A DNA stretch of 64,000 nucleotides, from the IMG/VR virus record IMGVR_UViG_3300045988_095445; one strand, given 5' to 3'. The position numbers and the translations under genes are program-made. Source of the DNA: a virus. Numbering within the stretch: the first letter of the stretch is position 1; the number at the start of each line of letters is the position of its first letter. This document shows positions 38,882-49,819 of this stretch, in pieces. The notes beneath the pieces were generated by a model, which was not told the DNA's origin, made no database searches, and saw only the letters and a program-made list of their open reading frames with translations.

Positions 38882-40098
38882 TACTTTATTTCAACTCCTT
38901 TAAATAATGAACGAAAATAATTGTCCATATCTTGAATTATACAAAAACAAGTTCCTTTAGAAATATGTGCCCTCCAACCTTGATAGGATTTCTAAATTTC
39001 ATCTGTTGAAATTTTACCCTCTAGCCATAGCGCTTGCATTTTCTTCAACTTTCTGCGCTAATGAGCCACTTTCTTTTTAAAAGGAATTTGTATTATATGA
39101 TTAGTGTCTGTGAGATAAAAGTTCCACTTTAAGTATTTTAATGGAGCGTGACGTTTGCCGTCCGCGTGAATAGGAGAGATTCTAGTAATAGTAGTCTTTT
39201 TCTTATTCATCTTTAATCCTTGCTTATTTAAGCGAACTTCTATTCTCTTTTCACATTCGGCTAAGTATTGACTGTCATTGTGGAATAAATATAAATCATC
39301 CATATAACGACCATAATACTTTATATGTAACTCTTCTTTGATGAAGTGGTCAATTTCGTTCAATGCTAGCAATGCGAATAATTGTGATGTTTGACTTCCT
39401 AATCCAAGACTTTTATTATCATATTCATAGTATTTGCGGCCAGGCTTAAAATTAGTGGTACTAATTCTTGTGTATTTGTGCCGTTTACTAATATAATAAT
39501 CTTTTCCTGGTATGGGAGAGGAATCTTTTGTTAGCTTAAAAGAAAATGTATCTATTAAATAACAGCATAGCTGATAAATTCTTTTATCTTTTATCAAACG
39601 TTTAGCCGCTTTCTTTAAAGATTTATGGTCAATAGAATCAAAATATTTTTGAATATCAATTCTTAACCCATAAAAATCTTTTCCTAATCCATATTCTCTA
39701 TGAGCTTGTTGAAGGTGTTTCTTTACTCTTTTTAAAGCAAAGTCTATTCCTTTTCCTCTTAAAGTCGCACAATTATCGTAGATAAATCTAGGAGTTAATT
39801 CTGGTAATAAAACTTGTTCACATAACGCATTTTGTACCAGTCTGTCGTTGATATGACACGCTCTTATATCTCTTGGTTTGCCTCGTTCGATTATCGAAAA
39901 ACAACTAAACACAAGCTATTCGTATTCACACGCTCGCAGATCAGCTTCTGTTTTTAAAATTGTTTCTATCCTATTCTCTTCAAAATTAATTGTACTATCT
40001 TTCCATCGAACGTTTCGGCATACCTTATAAGACGCATCATACATAGCGTCAAAACTACAAAAACGCTCGAAAGCAGTATCTTGGTTTATTTCAGACAT
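38881..40098 (-). CDS. DGR reverse transcriptase
   Basis: ORFs 39916..40098, 39058..39912 and a further downstream segment are in frame through TAGs at 39916-18 and 39058-60, giving about 405 aa. RT motifs present are RGKPRDIRACHINDRLVQNAL, YGLRIDIQKYFDSIDH, the YMDD box (GRYMDDLYLF) and the DGR-type LGLGSQTSQ motif. Confidence 0.8.
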
Positions 40099-40407
40099 AC
40101 TTTCTCCTTATCATGTAGCTATAGTGGTAGCTACTCGAGCTCCACGTCTACAGTCTTACTTTATCCACTTTTTCAGTGAAATGGTTAAGTTCTCCTTAGA
40201 TGAAAAGGCAGATCTACCTATAGTATATTATTCGATAGTTGTAGAGCAAAGCTCTTTAACGGTCTCTCAATCTCTTCCCCACATAGTGGGTGCAATCCAG
40301 AGTAAACCTTAATTAGATGGATAATAATATACTCCGGGGTACTATTTAGGCGTTGCTCGTTTGCGCTGCTCCGCAGTTTAACTCGCAACATGATAGCTCC
40401 ATCTAAT

Positions 40408-40504
40408 CCGGCGCCAGACCGTTGCTGTTGTTGTAGTTGTTGTTGTTCGCAGATCCATCGTTGTTGACATTGCAAACGTTGTTCGAGTTGTTGTAGTTAC
40501 GGGA
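40408..40504 (-). repeat. DGR template repeat (TR), 97 bp
   Basis: It is 97 bp, near-identical to 41131..41227. All 11 mismatches are A in this copy (coding/minus strand) versus N in the other copy. Confidence 0.75.
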
Positions 40505-40537
40505 CCGAAAGATACAGAACTTAACCGCAGAAAAATA

Positions 40538-41032
40538 TTATCGACCTCTCCTATGGGTTTTAGGAGCCGAATATCTATGCTCGACTATAAGTTTATCTCT
40601 ATTTTTTCTATCTTGGATTGATTCTTTTACTTTCTTAGTCAATCTAGCTAGATGTTCAAAAGATCTTCTTTTCTTTTTGCTGTTTTGAGCATACTAATAA
40701 ATACATAGGTCGATTTGTCGAAATATACTATCACAATATTCAATCGCTTTATTGTGATATTCATTTCTTTTTGTAAGGGTTTCTTTATCTTTTAAGTTTA
40801 TCTTACACGCCTCATAGCAGCAAGCGTGTATACCCTTTCCGCGTTTAATTATATCGTACCCGAACGCTTGAAGAGGTTGACCCTCTCCAAGCAGTCCAGG
40901 TTTGCAGATTTGTTTTCCATCCTTATCAAATTCTCTAGGACGAGTTAAGACTAAAATGTAGCCAACCAATTCACGGGCTTTATAAAGACAGTCTTGTTTT
41001 GATAGGTGTCTATCCTTTACTTTTACAGACAT
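40538..41032 (-). CDS. DGR accessory variability determinant (Avd-like), with a basic C-terminal extension if the TAG is read through
   Basis: ORF 40694..41032 (112 aa, small basic helical protein) sits between VR and TR. It continues past a TAG to TAA near 40538. Confidence 0.55.
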
Positions 41033-41113
41033 TTAAAATTTCCCTCACTTGAATATATAATTTTTTTATTGGACAATTTAACCTTAACTGTCCCGAATTG
41101 TTATTTTGCTGTA

Positions 41114-42880
41114 TTATCCAATGACGAAAGCCGGCGCCAGACCGCGGCTGTTGTTGTAGTAGTAGCCGTACGCAGATCCATCGTTGTCGACATAGCAAAC
41201 GATGTTCGAGTTGTTGTAGTGACGGGAGCGTTCCCAATACAAATTCGTGTTACTCGTCAACGAACCATTGGCGTTCATATAGTATTTAACTCTAGTAGAG
41301 TTGCTTGTGTAGTAACTATATGGAGCATTATATCCCTATGTACACTCAGCCTTAGAAGTTGTACTGTTAGTAGTAGAAATAGAAGAATAAGAATCTAATC
41401 CCATTTCTCTTTCAGAAGGTAGCCATACTGTTTCATTATTATAAGTTACAGAACCATTTCTAGAACCATTAGTGCTAGGACAAGTACCTTTACTTACTGT
41501 TTTAATAGATGCTTTAGCACTACAATAATTATAGAAATTTTGGCATTGGGCTCTAGCATCTGATCCAATCCAAATCGCATCGTCACCAAACTAAAGAGCA
41601 TTGGGTAAAGTACCCGCAGTCTGGAAAGTTAAAGTTCCAGTTCCATCCTAATCAGCACCAATACAAATCATTGTAGCAGCATTAGCGCCAAGTACCGCAC
41701 TAGAAAGACTTACGAGTTTCTTTTTACCTACGCATTTCTTTCTTTCACTGGAAGAAGCCTTAGCTGCCCAGGTCTTTAATTCAGCCCACCACTTAGCATC
41801 ACCAGTAGCAGTTTCAGAACCCCACTCCCAATAGCTTGCTGTTACTGTAACAGTCTTGTTACCTGGAGCAGTATGGTTAGTTCCGGCCGCAACTTTAATA
41901 GTAATCGTAGTAGAAGAAATAGCCGTACTGCCATCACCTTTAATAGTAAGAATATTACCACTTAAAGAGAGGGTAAGACCGGTAACACTAGTTGGAGTAT
42001 AGCTAATAGCTCCATCTCCCGCGCGAGTAATAGTAACTTTAACGCCAGCACTATAATTATCTCCATCAAGAGCAACAGAAGTTGGATTTACAGTTAAACT
42101 ACCCGCGGCTTTATTAATAATCCAGTTTACATCAAGGTTATCGGTTGTCTTATCAGCCCATCTATAATTGCTCTTTAGAGTAAATGTAGCTGTATAAGTT
42201 CCTGCATTAGTAGCGGAAGTAGTTCCGCCAATCGTCATATAAGTGGTATTGAAATTATTCCAATAAGAAGTTCCACTTACTGATTGACTATTACCTGTAT
42301 AGGTAAGATTACTTTTCCAGGTTGGTTTAGCGACAGATTTACGCTCAACAGTTACCGTAAATTTCGCAGATTGAGTTACTTCATTCTCTGTATAAGAAAC
42401 AGTAATTTGCTAGCTGCCAACTGTAGTTAAGGATGTTGGTGAGCACGTATAACCTGTAACAGCCGCGCTTTTATTATCAGAGTAACTCGCTGTAACTACC
42501 ATTCCTGTTGTTTGAAGGGTGTCACCATATTCATAGGTCATCTTAGTTGGGTTAGTAGTAACCTGAATACTAAGAAGTTTATGAATAACAGTTACCTTCT
42601 AGGTAGTTTGACAAGTTTCACCGAGTTCTGAATAAGTAATAGTTACTTCAGTAACCTCATCTGTTAAAGGATTTGGAGTAACTTGATATCCAGTTACTTC
42701 TGCTGTTGTTACAATAACACCATACATGCCGTAAGATGCGGTAACTACCATTCCAGCAGGATTAAATGTGTCACCAGCAAGATAGCTTGTTTTATTAGGG
42801 GGAGTGGTTACTTCAATTTTTACAAGAGAAAGAGAGCCTCCACCTTTTCCACCCTACTCAGCTAAAATACATTTAGGCAA
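41114..42880 (-). CDS. DGR target protein with Big_2-type Ig-like repeats and a C-terminal C-type-lectin/DUF1566-like variable domain (likely receptor-binding fibre)
   Basis: TTG start after GAAGGAGGTAAACAA. It is continuous over 589 codons through 5 TAGs, including ORF 41648..42238. It has LAGDTFNPAGMVVTASY-type Ig repeats. Motif ETVWLPSEREMG resembles the DUF1566 WxLPT.EL motif. VR lies at the extreme C-terminus. Confidence 0.7.
41131..41227 (-). repeat. DGR variable repeat (VR) at the 3' end of the target gene
   Basis: It is 97 bp, matching the TR except at TR-adenine positions. It has a GC-rich 3' IMH-like end (GGTCTGGCGCCGG on the coding strand). It encodes ...RSRHYNNSNIVCYVDNDGSAYGYYYNNSRGLAPAFVIG*. 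Confidence 0.75.
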
Positions 42881-43056
42881 ATTGTTTACCTCCTTCTATC
42901 TAGCTATTGCTATAAACAAATCTAAATTACTAGATAGAAGGTCGAGGATGGAAGCGATCTTCGCTCCAGTCTTTTAGAAAGTCATTAACAATTTCCGAGA
43001 AAAAGTACACTTTTTAACAGGAAAAATACTTCTTCTGTCTAGATAACAAAAAATTG

Positions 43057-43083
43057 GGAAAAGGGTAAGAAACCCTTTTCCCA
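43057..43083. terminator. hairpin in the divergent intergenic region
   Basis: GGGAAAAGGGtaagaaaCCCTTTTCCC is flanked by a T-run and an A-run. Confidence 0.45.
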
Positions 43084-43205
43084 AAAGTGAGTATCTTACT
43101 CTTTTCAAATATATATGAAAGAAAGAGTAGATAAATTATATATAGTTGACCAAGTTCAGTAAAGTGTACTTTTTTAAAGGTTTTAGATGAAAGGAGAAAA
43201 TATCT

Positions 43206-43844
43206 ATGGAATGTATTTTAACTGGATAGGTTAAAAACCAAAATGCTATTACCGTGCCAGGAGGCGGTAGCGCGGAAATGGGAGAAACATTAGGATCAGG
43301 GCCTTATACTATTGAATTTGATGAAGAAGATAATGAAAATCTAGCTGCATTATCAATAGAATATGATAATAAAACTTCAAACATGACTGCCACTAATGTT
43401 CAATCTGCTATTGATGAACTTTTTACCGATGTCAGTGAGGGCAAAACCCTAATAGCGACCGCAGTCACTGACAAAGGAGTAGAAACTGCGGCGACCGATA
43501 GTTTTTCAACTATGGCAGATAAGATAGGATAGATTACAACAGAAACCCCTATAGAAACGGTGGATATTATATTTGAATCATTGAGTGGTATAAGTGGATG
43601 TACTGTAATAATAGAATATGAAAATGCGCCAATGTCAGTATGGGTAGTGTAGAAAAATAATTATAAAGTGATAAAAAATAGTATTATAACTATAAATGCC
43701 GGTTCTTCTTCAGGACTTAAAATTACTCCTCAGTCTGCATATGAAAGTTTGGGAGCTATATTAATAAATAATAATTATCAAGTTATAGCATATAAAATTA
43801 TTGGTCCCGCTACAATTACTTCTACTGGAGGTAATATTAATTAA
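43206..43844 (+). CDS. tail-fibre-like protein
   Basis: SD AAAGGAGAAAATATCT then ATG at 43206. It is 212 aa through 3 TAGs. Motif NVQSAIDELF is common in phage fibre proteins. Confidence 0.45.
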
Positions 43845-43866
43845 ATTTAGGAGGTAGTATTATACT

Positions 43867-44265
43867 ATGATAAAAGTAAATGGGAAAAAGGTTGCTGGAA
43901 TAGGGTAGCCTGGATTAAACGGTAAATCTGCTTATGAAACAGCTAAAGAAGGAGGGTTTACTGGAACTGAAAAGGAGTTCAATACTATATTAGCAAATTC
44001 TGCACTTAAACCTATTATTAAATTGATAACTCTATATTCATCAGCTTGGTCTAATAATACTCAAACAGTAAATATAATTGGAGTATTGAGCGATGAGGGC
44101 AAATAGATAATTTGTCCAACTCCAACAATAAAAGATATAGATATATATAATAATTCAGGCATTTAGTGTATAAATCAACAAGAAAATAGTTTAACTTTTA
44201 AAGCCCAAAAAATTCCAGAAAATGATATATAGATATATATAATTTTGTAGGAGGTGCGAACATGA
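43867..44265 (+). CDS. hypothetical protein with a short collagen-like GxxGxxGxx segment
   Basis: SD TTAGGAGG then ATG at 43867. It is 132 aa with 5 TAGs and ends at TGA at 44263-65, overlapping the next start. Confidence 0.4.
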
Positions 44266-44510
44266 TTATTAACCAAACTTTTCAGACGGAAAAGTATTCA
44301 ATAATAGATAAAACAAGCCTTCAATATGGCTATCCAGTAAGAGCAACCCCTGGAGAAATTGTTTACAGCAGTCCTATGAGTGCAGGAATATCAGATAATG
44401 TATATTTAATAAAAGATGGAAGCTCTATTGATGATGTTTATTCAGATGGTAGATATAAATTTATAATGCCAGAAGGCGATGTTTTGATTGCTAGAGATTA
44501 TCCTTGGTAA
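44262..44510 (+). CDS. hypothetical protein, TAG-free
   Basis: Intact ORF from the track with SD GTAGGAGGTG. Confidence 0.45.
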   Translation: MIINQTFQTEKYSIIDKTSLQYGYPVRATPGEIVYSSPMSAGISDNVYLIKDGSSIDDVYSDGRYKFIMPEGDVLIARDYPW

Positions 44511-44544
44511 TCTTATATATATTATATAATAAAATTTTATATAA

Positions 44545-45252
<708 letters not shown>

Positions 45253-45305
45253 AGTTAAACTATCTTCCTATTGTTTTATATATAATATAAAGGAGGAATA
45301 TAAAT

Positions 45306-45695
45306 ATGCCTGAAATTGTTATTCAAATATTCTAGCTTTGTATTCTTCCTCTGCTTGGTATTTTAACAAAATATCTCGTAGACTTCCTCTCTGCTAAACG
45401 AGATGAGTTAAATTCTAAGACAGAGAATGAAACAGCTTAGAAATACACCACTATGATATTTGATACTATTACCAAATGTGTAATAGCTACAAATCAGACT
45501 TATGTTAATAGCTTAAAGGAACAAGGTGCTTTTGATGCTGAGGCTCAAAAAATTGCATTTGATAAGACTATGGAATCTGTATTAGAGATCTTATCATCTG
45601 ATGCAAAACAATATATTATTGAGACAACTGGCGACTTAAATACTTACCTAACTAATCTCATTGAAGCCGCGGTTAATGAAAATAGAGCATCATGA
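45306..45695 (+). CDS. holin, LL-H family
   Basis: SD AAAGGAGGAATATAA then ATG at 45306. It is 129 aa with an N-terminal TM helix. The region KYLVDFL...VIATNQTYVNSLKEQGAFDAEAQKIAFDKT matches the Holin_LLH pattern. There are 2 in-frame TAGs. Confidence 0.6.
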
Positions 45696-45734
45696 TATAA
45701 TGGGGTTACTATGCCCCATTATATTTTTATACTA

Positions 45735-45786
45735 AAATTGGCAAAAATTTTGGCAAAATAGTAAAATTATATTTGCCAAAATTTTA
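45735..45786. repeat. cluster of TTGCCAAAATTTT-type half-sites (two inverted, one direct) downstream of the holin gene
   Basis: AAATTGGCAAAAATTTTGGCAAAATAG lies at 45735-45761. TTGCCAAAATTTTA lies at 45773-45786. These are inverted relative to the 44557-44580 site. Confidence 0.4.
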
Positions 45787-45831
45787 TATAATAATGAAAG
45801 GCCAAGGGAATATTTTAAAGGAGGTAAAACT

Positions 45832-46257
45832 ATGGCAGTTAATTATCCATACTATATACCACAACAATAGCAGCCTTAGTATGCGGCAATCCCTTATGCT
45901 CCGCAACAAAGAATGCCTTATGTGGAATAGCCCTAGATTGGAATTAAAGGTCGCCCAGTTTCTTCAATAGAAGAAGTAAAGGCAACTAGCATTGACTTTG
46001 ATGGTTCTGTATTTTTCTTTCCTGATTTAGCTAATAAAAAAATATATACAAAATAGATAAATTTAGATGGAACTTCAACACTTAATGTTTATGAATTAAA
46101 AAATATTCCGATTGAAACAGTTGTCAATCCTTCTTAGTTTGTTACTAGAGAAGAATTTGAAACCGTACTTGCTCAATTAAAAGAAAAAATTGCGCCATAG
46201 GCAAATAAATAGCCTACAGCGCAATAGCAGGAATCAAAGCCAAAATTAGATTTTTAA
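45832..46257 (+). CDS. hypothetical protein with a Pro/Gln-rich N-terminus
   Basis: SD AAAGGAGGTAAAAC then ATG at 45832. It is 141 aa in the frame that overlaps and supersedes track ORF 45773..45970. It has 9 TAGs that make a PQQQQPQ low-complexity tract. Confidence 0.45.
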
Positions 46258-46269
46258 GGAGCCGATAAA

Positions 46270-46503
46270 ATGAATCCAATGTAGTTAATTCAAATGATTA
46301 GGAATGGATAGAATCCTCAATAGCTAACTCTAAATATATTAGAAAGTTAGATGGGGAATAATCCGTTTGGAGCTAATTTGTTAGATCTTGCCAAATAGAA
46401 TAAAACCGAAGAGATTGAACAAATAGCTAGAAATCTTTTATCCCAAAGAGGATTAAATTATGACAAGGAGTTTGCTGACTTTAAGAAAATGCTCGGCCTT
46501 TAA
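46270..46503 (+). CDS. small hypothetical protein (77 aa)
   Basis: ATG at 46270, ending at TAA at 46501-03 through 5 TAGs. Confidence 0.35.
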
Positions 46504-46528
46504 TAATTTTCTTAAAGGAGGAACTTAA

Positions 46529-47434
46529 ATGTTCAATTCTAACAATGGATACTCTTTAGCTGATATTGCCGCTGCTACAGGTGGCAATGATCGTAACAAT
46601 GGCGGAATTTGGAACGACGGAGGAGCTTGGTGGATTATAATTCTATTCTTATTCTGCTTCTCTGGATGGGGAAATGGATTTGGCGGTTTTGGTGGATATG
46701 GAACCAACAGTAATGGTTTGGGTTCTCCTTCTGGTCAAGGTTGGGCAACCCGCGCGGACATTAATGAAGGTTTTGCTTTCCAAAATCTACAGTCTGGAAT
46801 TAATTCTATCCAGTAGGGAATCTGCGATAGCACATATGCTTTAAATAATGCTTTAACAAATGGTTTCCATGGAGTAGACAACGCAGTATGCAATCTTGGA
46901 TATCAGACACAGCAAGGTTTCAATAGCACTAATGTAGCTTTAATGCAGGGTCAAAATGCTTTAGCTACACAGCTTTCTAACTGTTGCTGTGATACAAAAT
47001 CTGCAATTCAGCAAGCAAGTTTTGATAATCTCACAAATCAAAATGCTATTTCTCGCCAAATTGCAGATTGCTGCTGCGAGACTGGTCGTCAGATTGAGAG
47101 AGGTTTTGCCGACGTTAACTACAATCTAGCGACTAATACTAATGCGCTTCAGACTTCTATGGCCAATAATACTCGTGATATTATTGATAGCCAAAATGCT
47201 GGAACTCGTGCAATTCTTGATTATCTCTGCCAGGAGAAAATCTCTGATTTGCAAAACGAGAATCAAGCTCTTCGTCTCGCTGCTTCTCAACAGGCTCAAA
47301 ATAACTTTATTACAGCTAACCAAGAAGCTCAAACTGCGGAGCTTATCCGTAGATTAGGACGTGATAATCCAATTCCCGCTTACGTAGTACCAAACCCCAA
47401 CTGTTGCTATAGCATGAATAGTTGCGGATGCTGA
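46529..47434 (+). CDS. Gly-rich, single-TM, Cys-cluster (CCC/CC) protein
   Basis: ORFs 46529..46816 and 46943..47434 are in frame through one TAG. It has a WWIIILFLFCFSGW TM helix, GNGFGGFGGYG, and NCCCDTK...DCCCETG...NCCYSMNSCGC. Confidence 0.5.
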
Positions 47435-47462
47435 TTTAAATTAAAAGGAGAGATTTGGTTCA

Positions 47463-47885
47463 ATGGAAATTATTGCGAATGCCGTACAAACAGTACAAGC
47501 TAATCAAAATGTCCTTTTTACCGATGCGGTAGTAGGCTGTTCCAACAGCCTACTACATCGCGTTGGAAGTGGACTAGTAACACTAAAAGGTAATACATCT
47601 ACTCAATGCAGAGCTAGATATAAAGCTCATTTTAGCGGTAATATTGCAATCGCCGCAGGTGGAACAGCAGGCCCAATTTCTTTAGCTATTGCTATCAATG
47701 GAGAAGGTGTAGCTTCTACTACTATGATTTCTACTCCAGCGGCGGTAGGAGATTATAATAATGTAGCAAGTTCTATATTTATTGATGTGCCAAGAGGATG
47801 TTGCTTTGAAATTGCAGTAAAAAATGTTTCTACTCAGACTATTGACGTCCAAAATGCAAATTTAATTATTGAAAGGGTGGCTTAA
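47463..47885 (+). CDS. BclA C-terminal/C1q-TNF-like domain protein, TAG-free
   Basis: Intact ORF. Motifs GTAGPISLAIAINGEG and IDVQNANLIIERV resemble the BclA_C jelly-roll domain. Confidence 0.4.
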   Translation: MEIIANAVQTVQANQNVLFTDAVVGCSNSLLHRVGSGLVTLKGNTSTQCRARYKAHFSGNIAIAAGGTAGPISLAIAINGEGVASTTMISTPAAVGDYNNVASSIFIDVPRGCCFEIAVKNVSTQTIDVQNANLIIERVA

Positions 47886-47887
47886 TT

Positions 47888-48502
47888 ATGGAAAGACTTA
47901 AACATATGAAAGAAACTCTTATTGGGTGTGTTCAATCATAGCTAAGTGATATTCATAATGTAGACACTCATGAATTAGGCGAAGCTATTGATATGATAAA
48001 AGATTTAGAGCAGGCAATGTACTACTGTTCTATTGTAAAAGCAATGGAAGAGAAAGATGAAGAACATAGAAAGTATTACATTCCAATCACTCCTCCATAT
48101 TATTTACCCGATAGAGATATGGACAGAAATGAATGGGGTAGAATGTACTATCCTCGTTCAAGAGATTCTCAAGGGAGATATACTGAATCAGATAGAGGAG
48201 ATATGCAGGATAGCCGCAGAAACTATGGAGATAGACCAATATATTATAACGAGAAAGAATTTCCAATGGATTTAAGAGATTCTCGCGAAGGTCGTAGTCC
48301 TATGATGCGTCGGATGTATATGGAATCAAAAGAGCTTCATAAAGATAAAGAAATAAAGATGAAAGAATTAGATAAATACATGAAAGAATTAAGCGAAGAT
48401 TTAGTTGAAATGATTGATGACGCAAGCCCAGAAGAAAGACAGTTATTAGAAAAGAAAATTTCTGCTCTTGCTACAAAAATATCTTCTTTAAACCATGTTT
48501 AA
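47888..48502 (+). CDS. hypothetical protein (Arg/Asp/Tyr-rich)
   Basis: ATG at 47888. ORF 47993..48502 is in frame through one TAG. Confidence 0.4.
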
Positions 48503-48758
48503 TATTAATGGAGAAGGATGGAAATTATTTTTAACTTCTCCAATTCATCCTATGTTAATTAGAAGCGATGGACAGTTAACGATAGGAGCTTGTGATAATG
48601 AAACTAAAGGTATTTATATTAATGGAGAATTATCTCCATTAATGATGAAAAAAGTTTTATGTCATGAGTTAACGCACGCTGCAATGTTTAGTTATGGAAT
48701 AGAATTGTCTATCGAACAAGAAGAATTACTAGCTGATTTAATTGCTACATATGGCTAG
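48495..48758 (+). CDS. small HExxH metallopeptidase-like protein (ImmA/IrrE-like?)
   Basis: Intact ORF. It has an HELTH motif (LCHELTHAAMF). Confidence 0.4.
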   Translation: MFNINGEGWKLFLTSPIHPMLIRSDGQLTIGACDNETKGIYINGELSPLMMKKVLCHELTHAAMFSYGIELSIEQEELLADLIATYG

Positions 48759-48806
48759 GAAATAATAAATATGACTAATTCTATTTTTAATCGCTTAAAG
48801 AAGGAT

Positions 48807-48838
48807 GGGGAACTCACTTGAGTTCCCCATTTTTTTTA
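48807..48838. terminator. bidirectional terminator at the convergence of late (+) and replication (-) modules
   Basis: GGGGAACTCACTTGAGTTCCCC followed by TTTTTTTTATT on +, and by an A-run on -. Confidence 0.7.
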
Positions 48839-49267
48839 TTCTGATCTAATTTCTAACTCCATGGTTTTCTCATAATATTCTTTAGCTTGTCCATTACCAC
48901 CTAAAGAATGATATAGTTTGTAAAATTCTGTTAGTTGATCATACTAATCTTGAGTCATATATCCTTGCTTTATATATATTTTACATAGCTAAACAAGTCT
49001 GAATCTATATGAAGCTATAATTAATGTTAAATCTTGTCTTTCTTTACCTTCTATTTTCCGTATATATGCTCTTAATTCTTCAATATCTTCTACTATTGGT
49101 TTTAATTTTTCGTCAATAAGTTCTACTATATCATTATTTTCTTTTTCCTATAACATTTTTTTATATGCCATTAACTATTTATATAAGTATCTACAAAAAG
49201 CCAACGCTCCGGCGGAAATTAGACCAAAAAGAATTTCTACTATATGTTCTGTAATAAAAGCAAACAT
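48836..49267 (-). CDS. membrane protein (N-terminal TM), missed by the ORF track
   Basis: SD AAGAAAGGAGGATTTT then ATG. It is 143 aa through 3 TAGs: MFAFITEHIVEILFGLISAGALAFCRYLYK-Q-LMAYKKML-Q-EKEN... Confidence 0.45.
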
Positions 49268-49325
49268 AAAATCCTCCTTTCTTAACTTCTCAAATTATTT
49301 TAAAGTTAAGAAAGGAGGATTTTTT
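49268..49325. terminator. long perfect hairpin sequestering the SD of the downstream (-) gene
   Basis: AAATCCTCCTTTCTTAACTT...AAGTTAAGAAAGGAGGATTT is followed by TTTTTTATTT on +. Confidence 0.5.
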
Positions 49326-49339
49326 TATTTAGACCAATA

Positions 49340-49819
49340 TTACCAAGCACATTGATGCTATTTAATATGCGCAAGGCCGATACAAACAGCGTCACTTTCA
49401 TCCTGTGTGGGTTTTTTCCCATAATTATAAAAAACATAATTCTGAGCATTTTTTTTCTACTCTGGTCGAGTTTTTCCTTTTATACCCAATAAAGATTTCC
49501 ATGTTACTGCTAAAATAGAAGAATGGGGAATTTTTTCTTGTTCTAGTAATTCAGAAACTACCCCATATACTTCTGCTAAAATCTTAAAAGTCTAAACATT
49601 ATTAGAAATATTATTCTACTACTATATATCTTCAAAAACTACTTCATCTATATGATACTATTCAATAAGATCTTTAATCTTCTATCTTATTTTTACTAAT
49701 CTAGTATCTATATTATTATCTTCAACAGCAAATTTACCAAAAGTTTTTAACTTATTATCTTCAAAGACCGCATACCCGGTAATCTTCGAACTCTAATCGA
49801 GTGATAATAGATTACTCAT
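49340..49819 (-). CDS. RuvC-like Holliday junction resolvase, missed by the ORF track
   Basis: The ATG overlaps the dUTPase stop (ATGA). It is 159 aa through 8 TAGs. The N-terminus is ...KITGYAVFEDNKL and a downstream DESDAVCIGLAHIK catalytic-type motif is present. Confidence 0.6.

Noticed and set aside
40124-40312. 62-aa plus-strand ORF in the TR-RT spacer
   Set aside because: It lies in the non-coding DGR spacer expected to form structured RNA. It has no RBS and runs opposite to the local transcription direction.
40218-41237. ORFs 40218..40475 and 41010..41237 with similar Gln-rich translations
   Set aside because: They are out-of-frame readings of the DGR TR and VR repeats on the minus strand. 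The similarity is the repeat itself, not a protein family.
45773-45970. Track ORF starting at a TTG inside the TTGCCAAAATTTT repeat
   Set aside because: The overlapping frame starting at ATG 45832 has a perfect SD. It gives a far more protein-like product once TAGs are read through.
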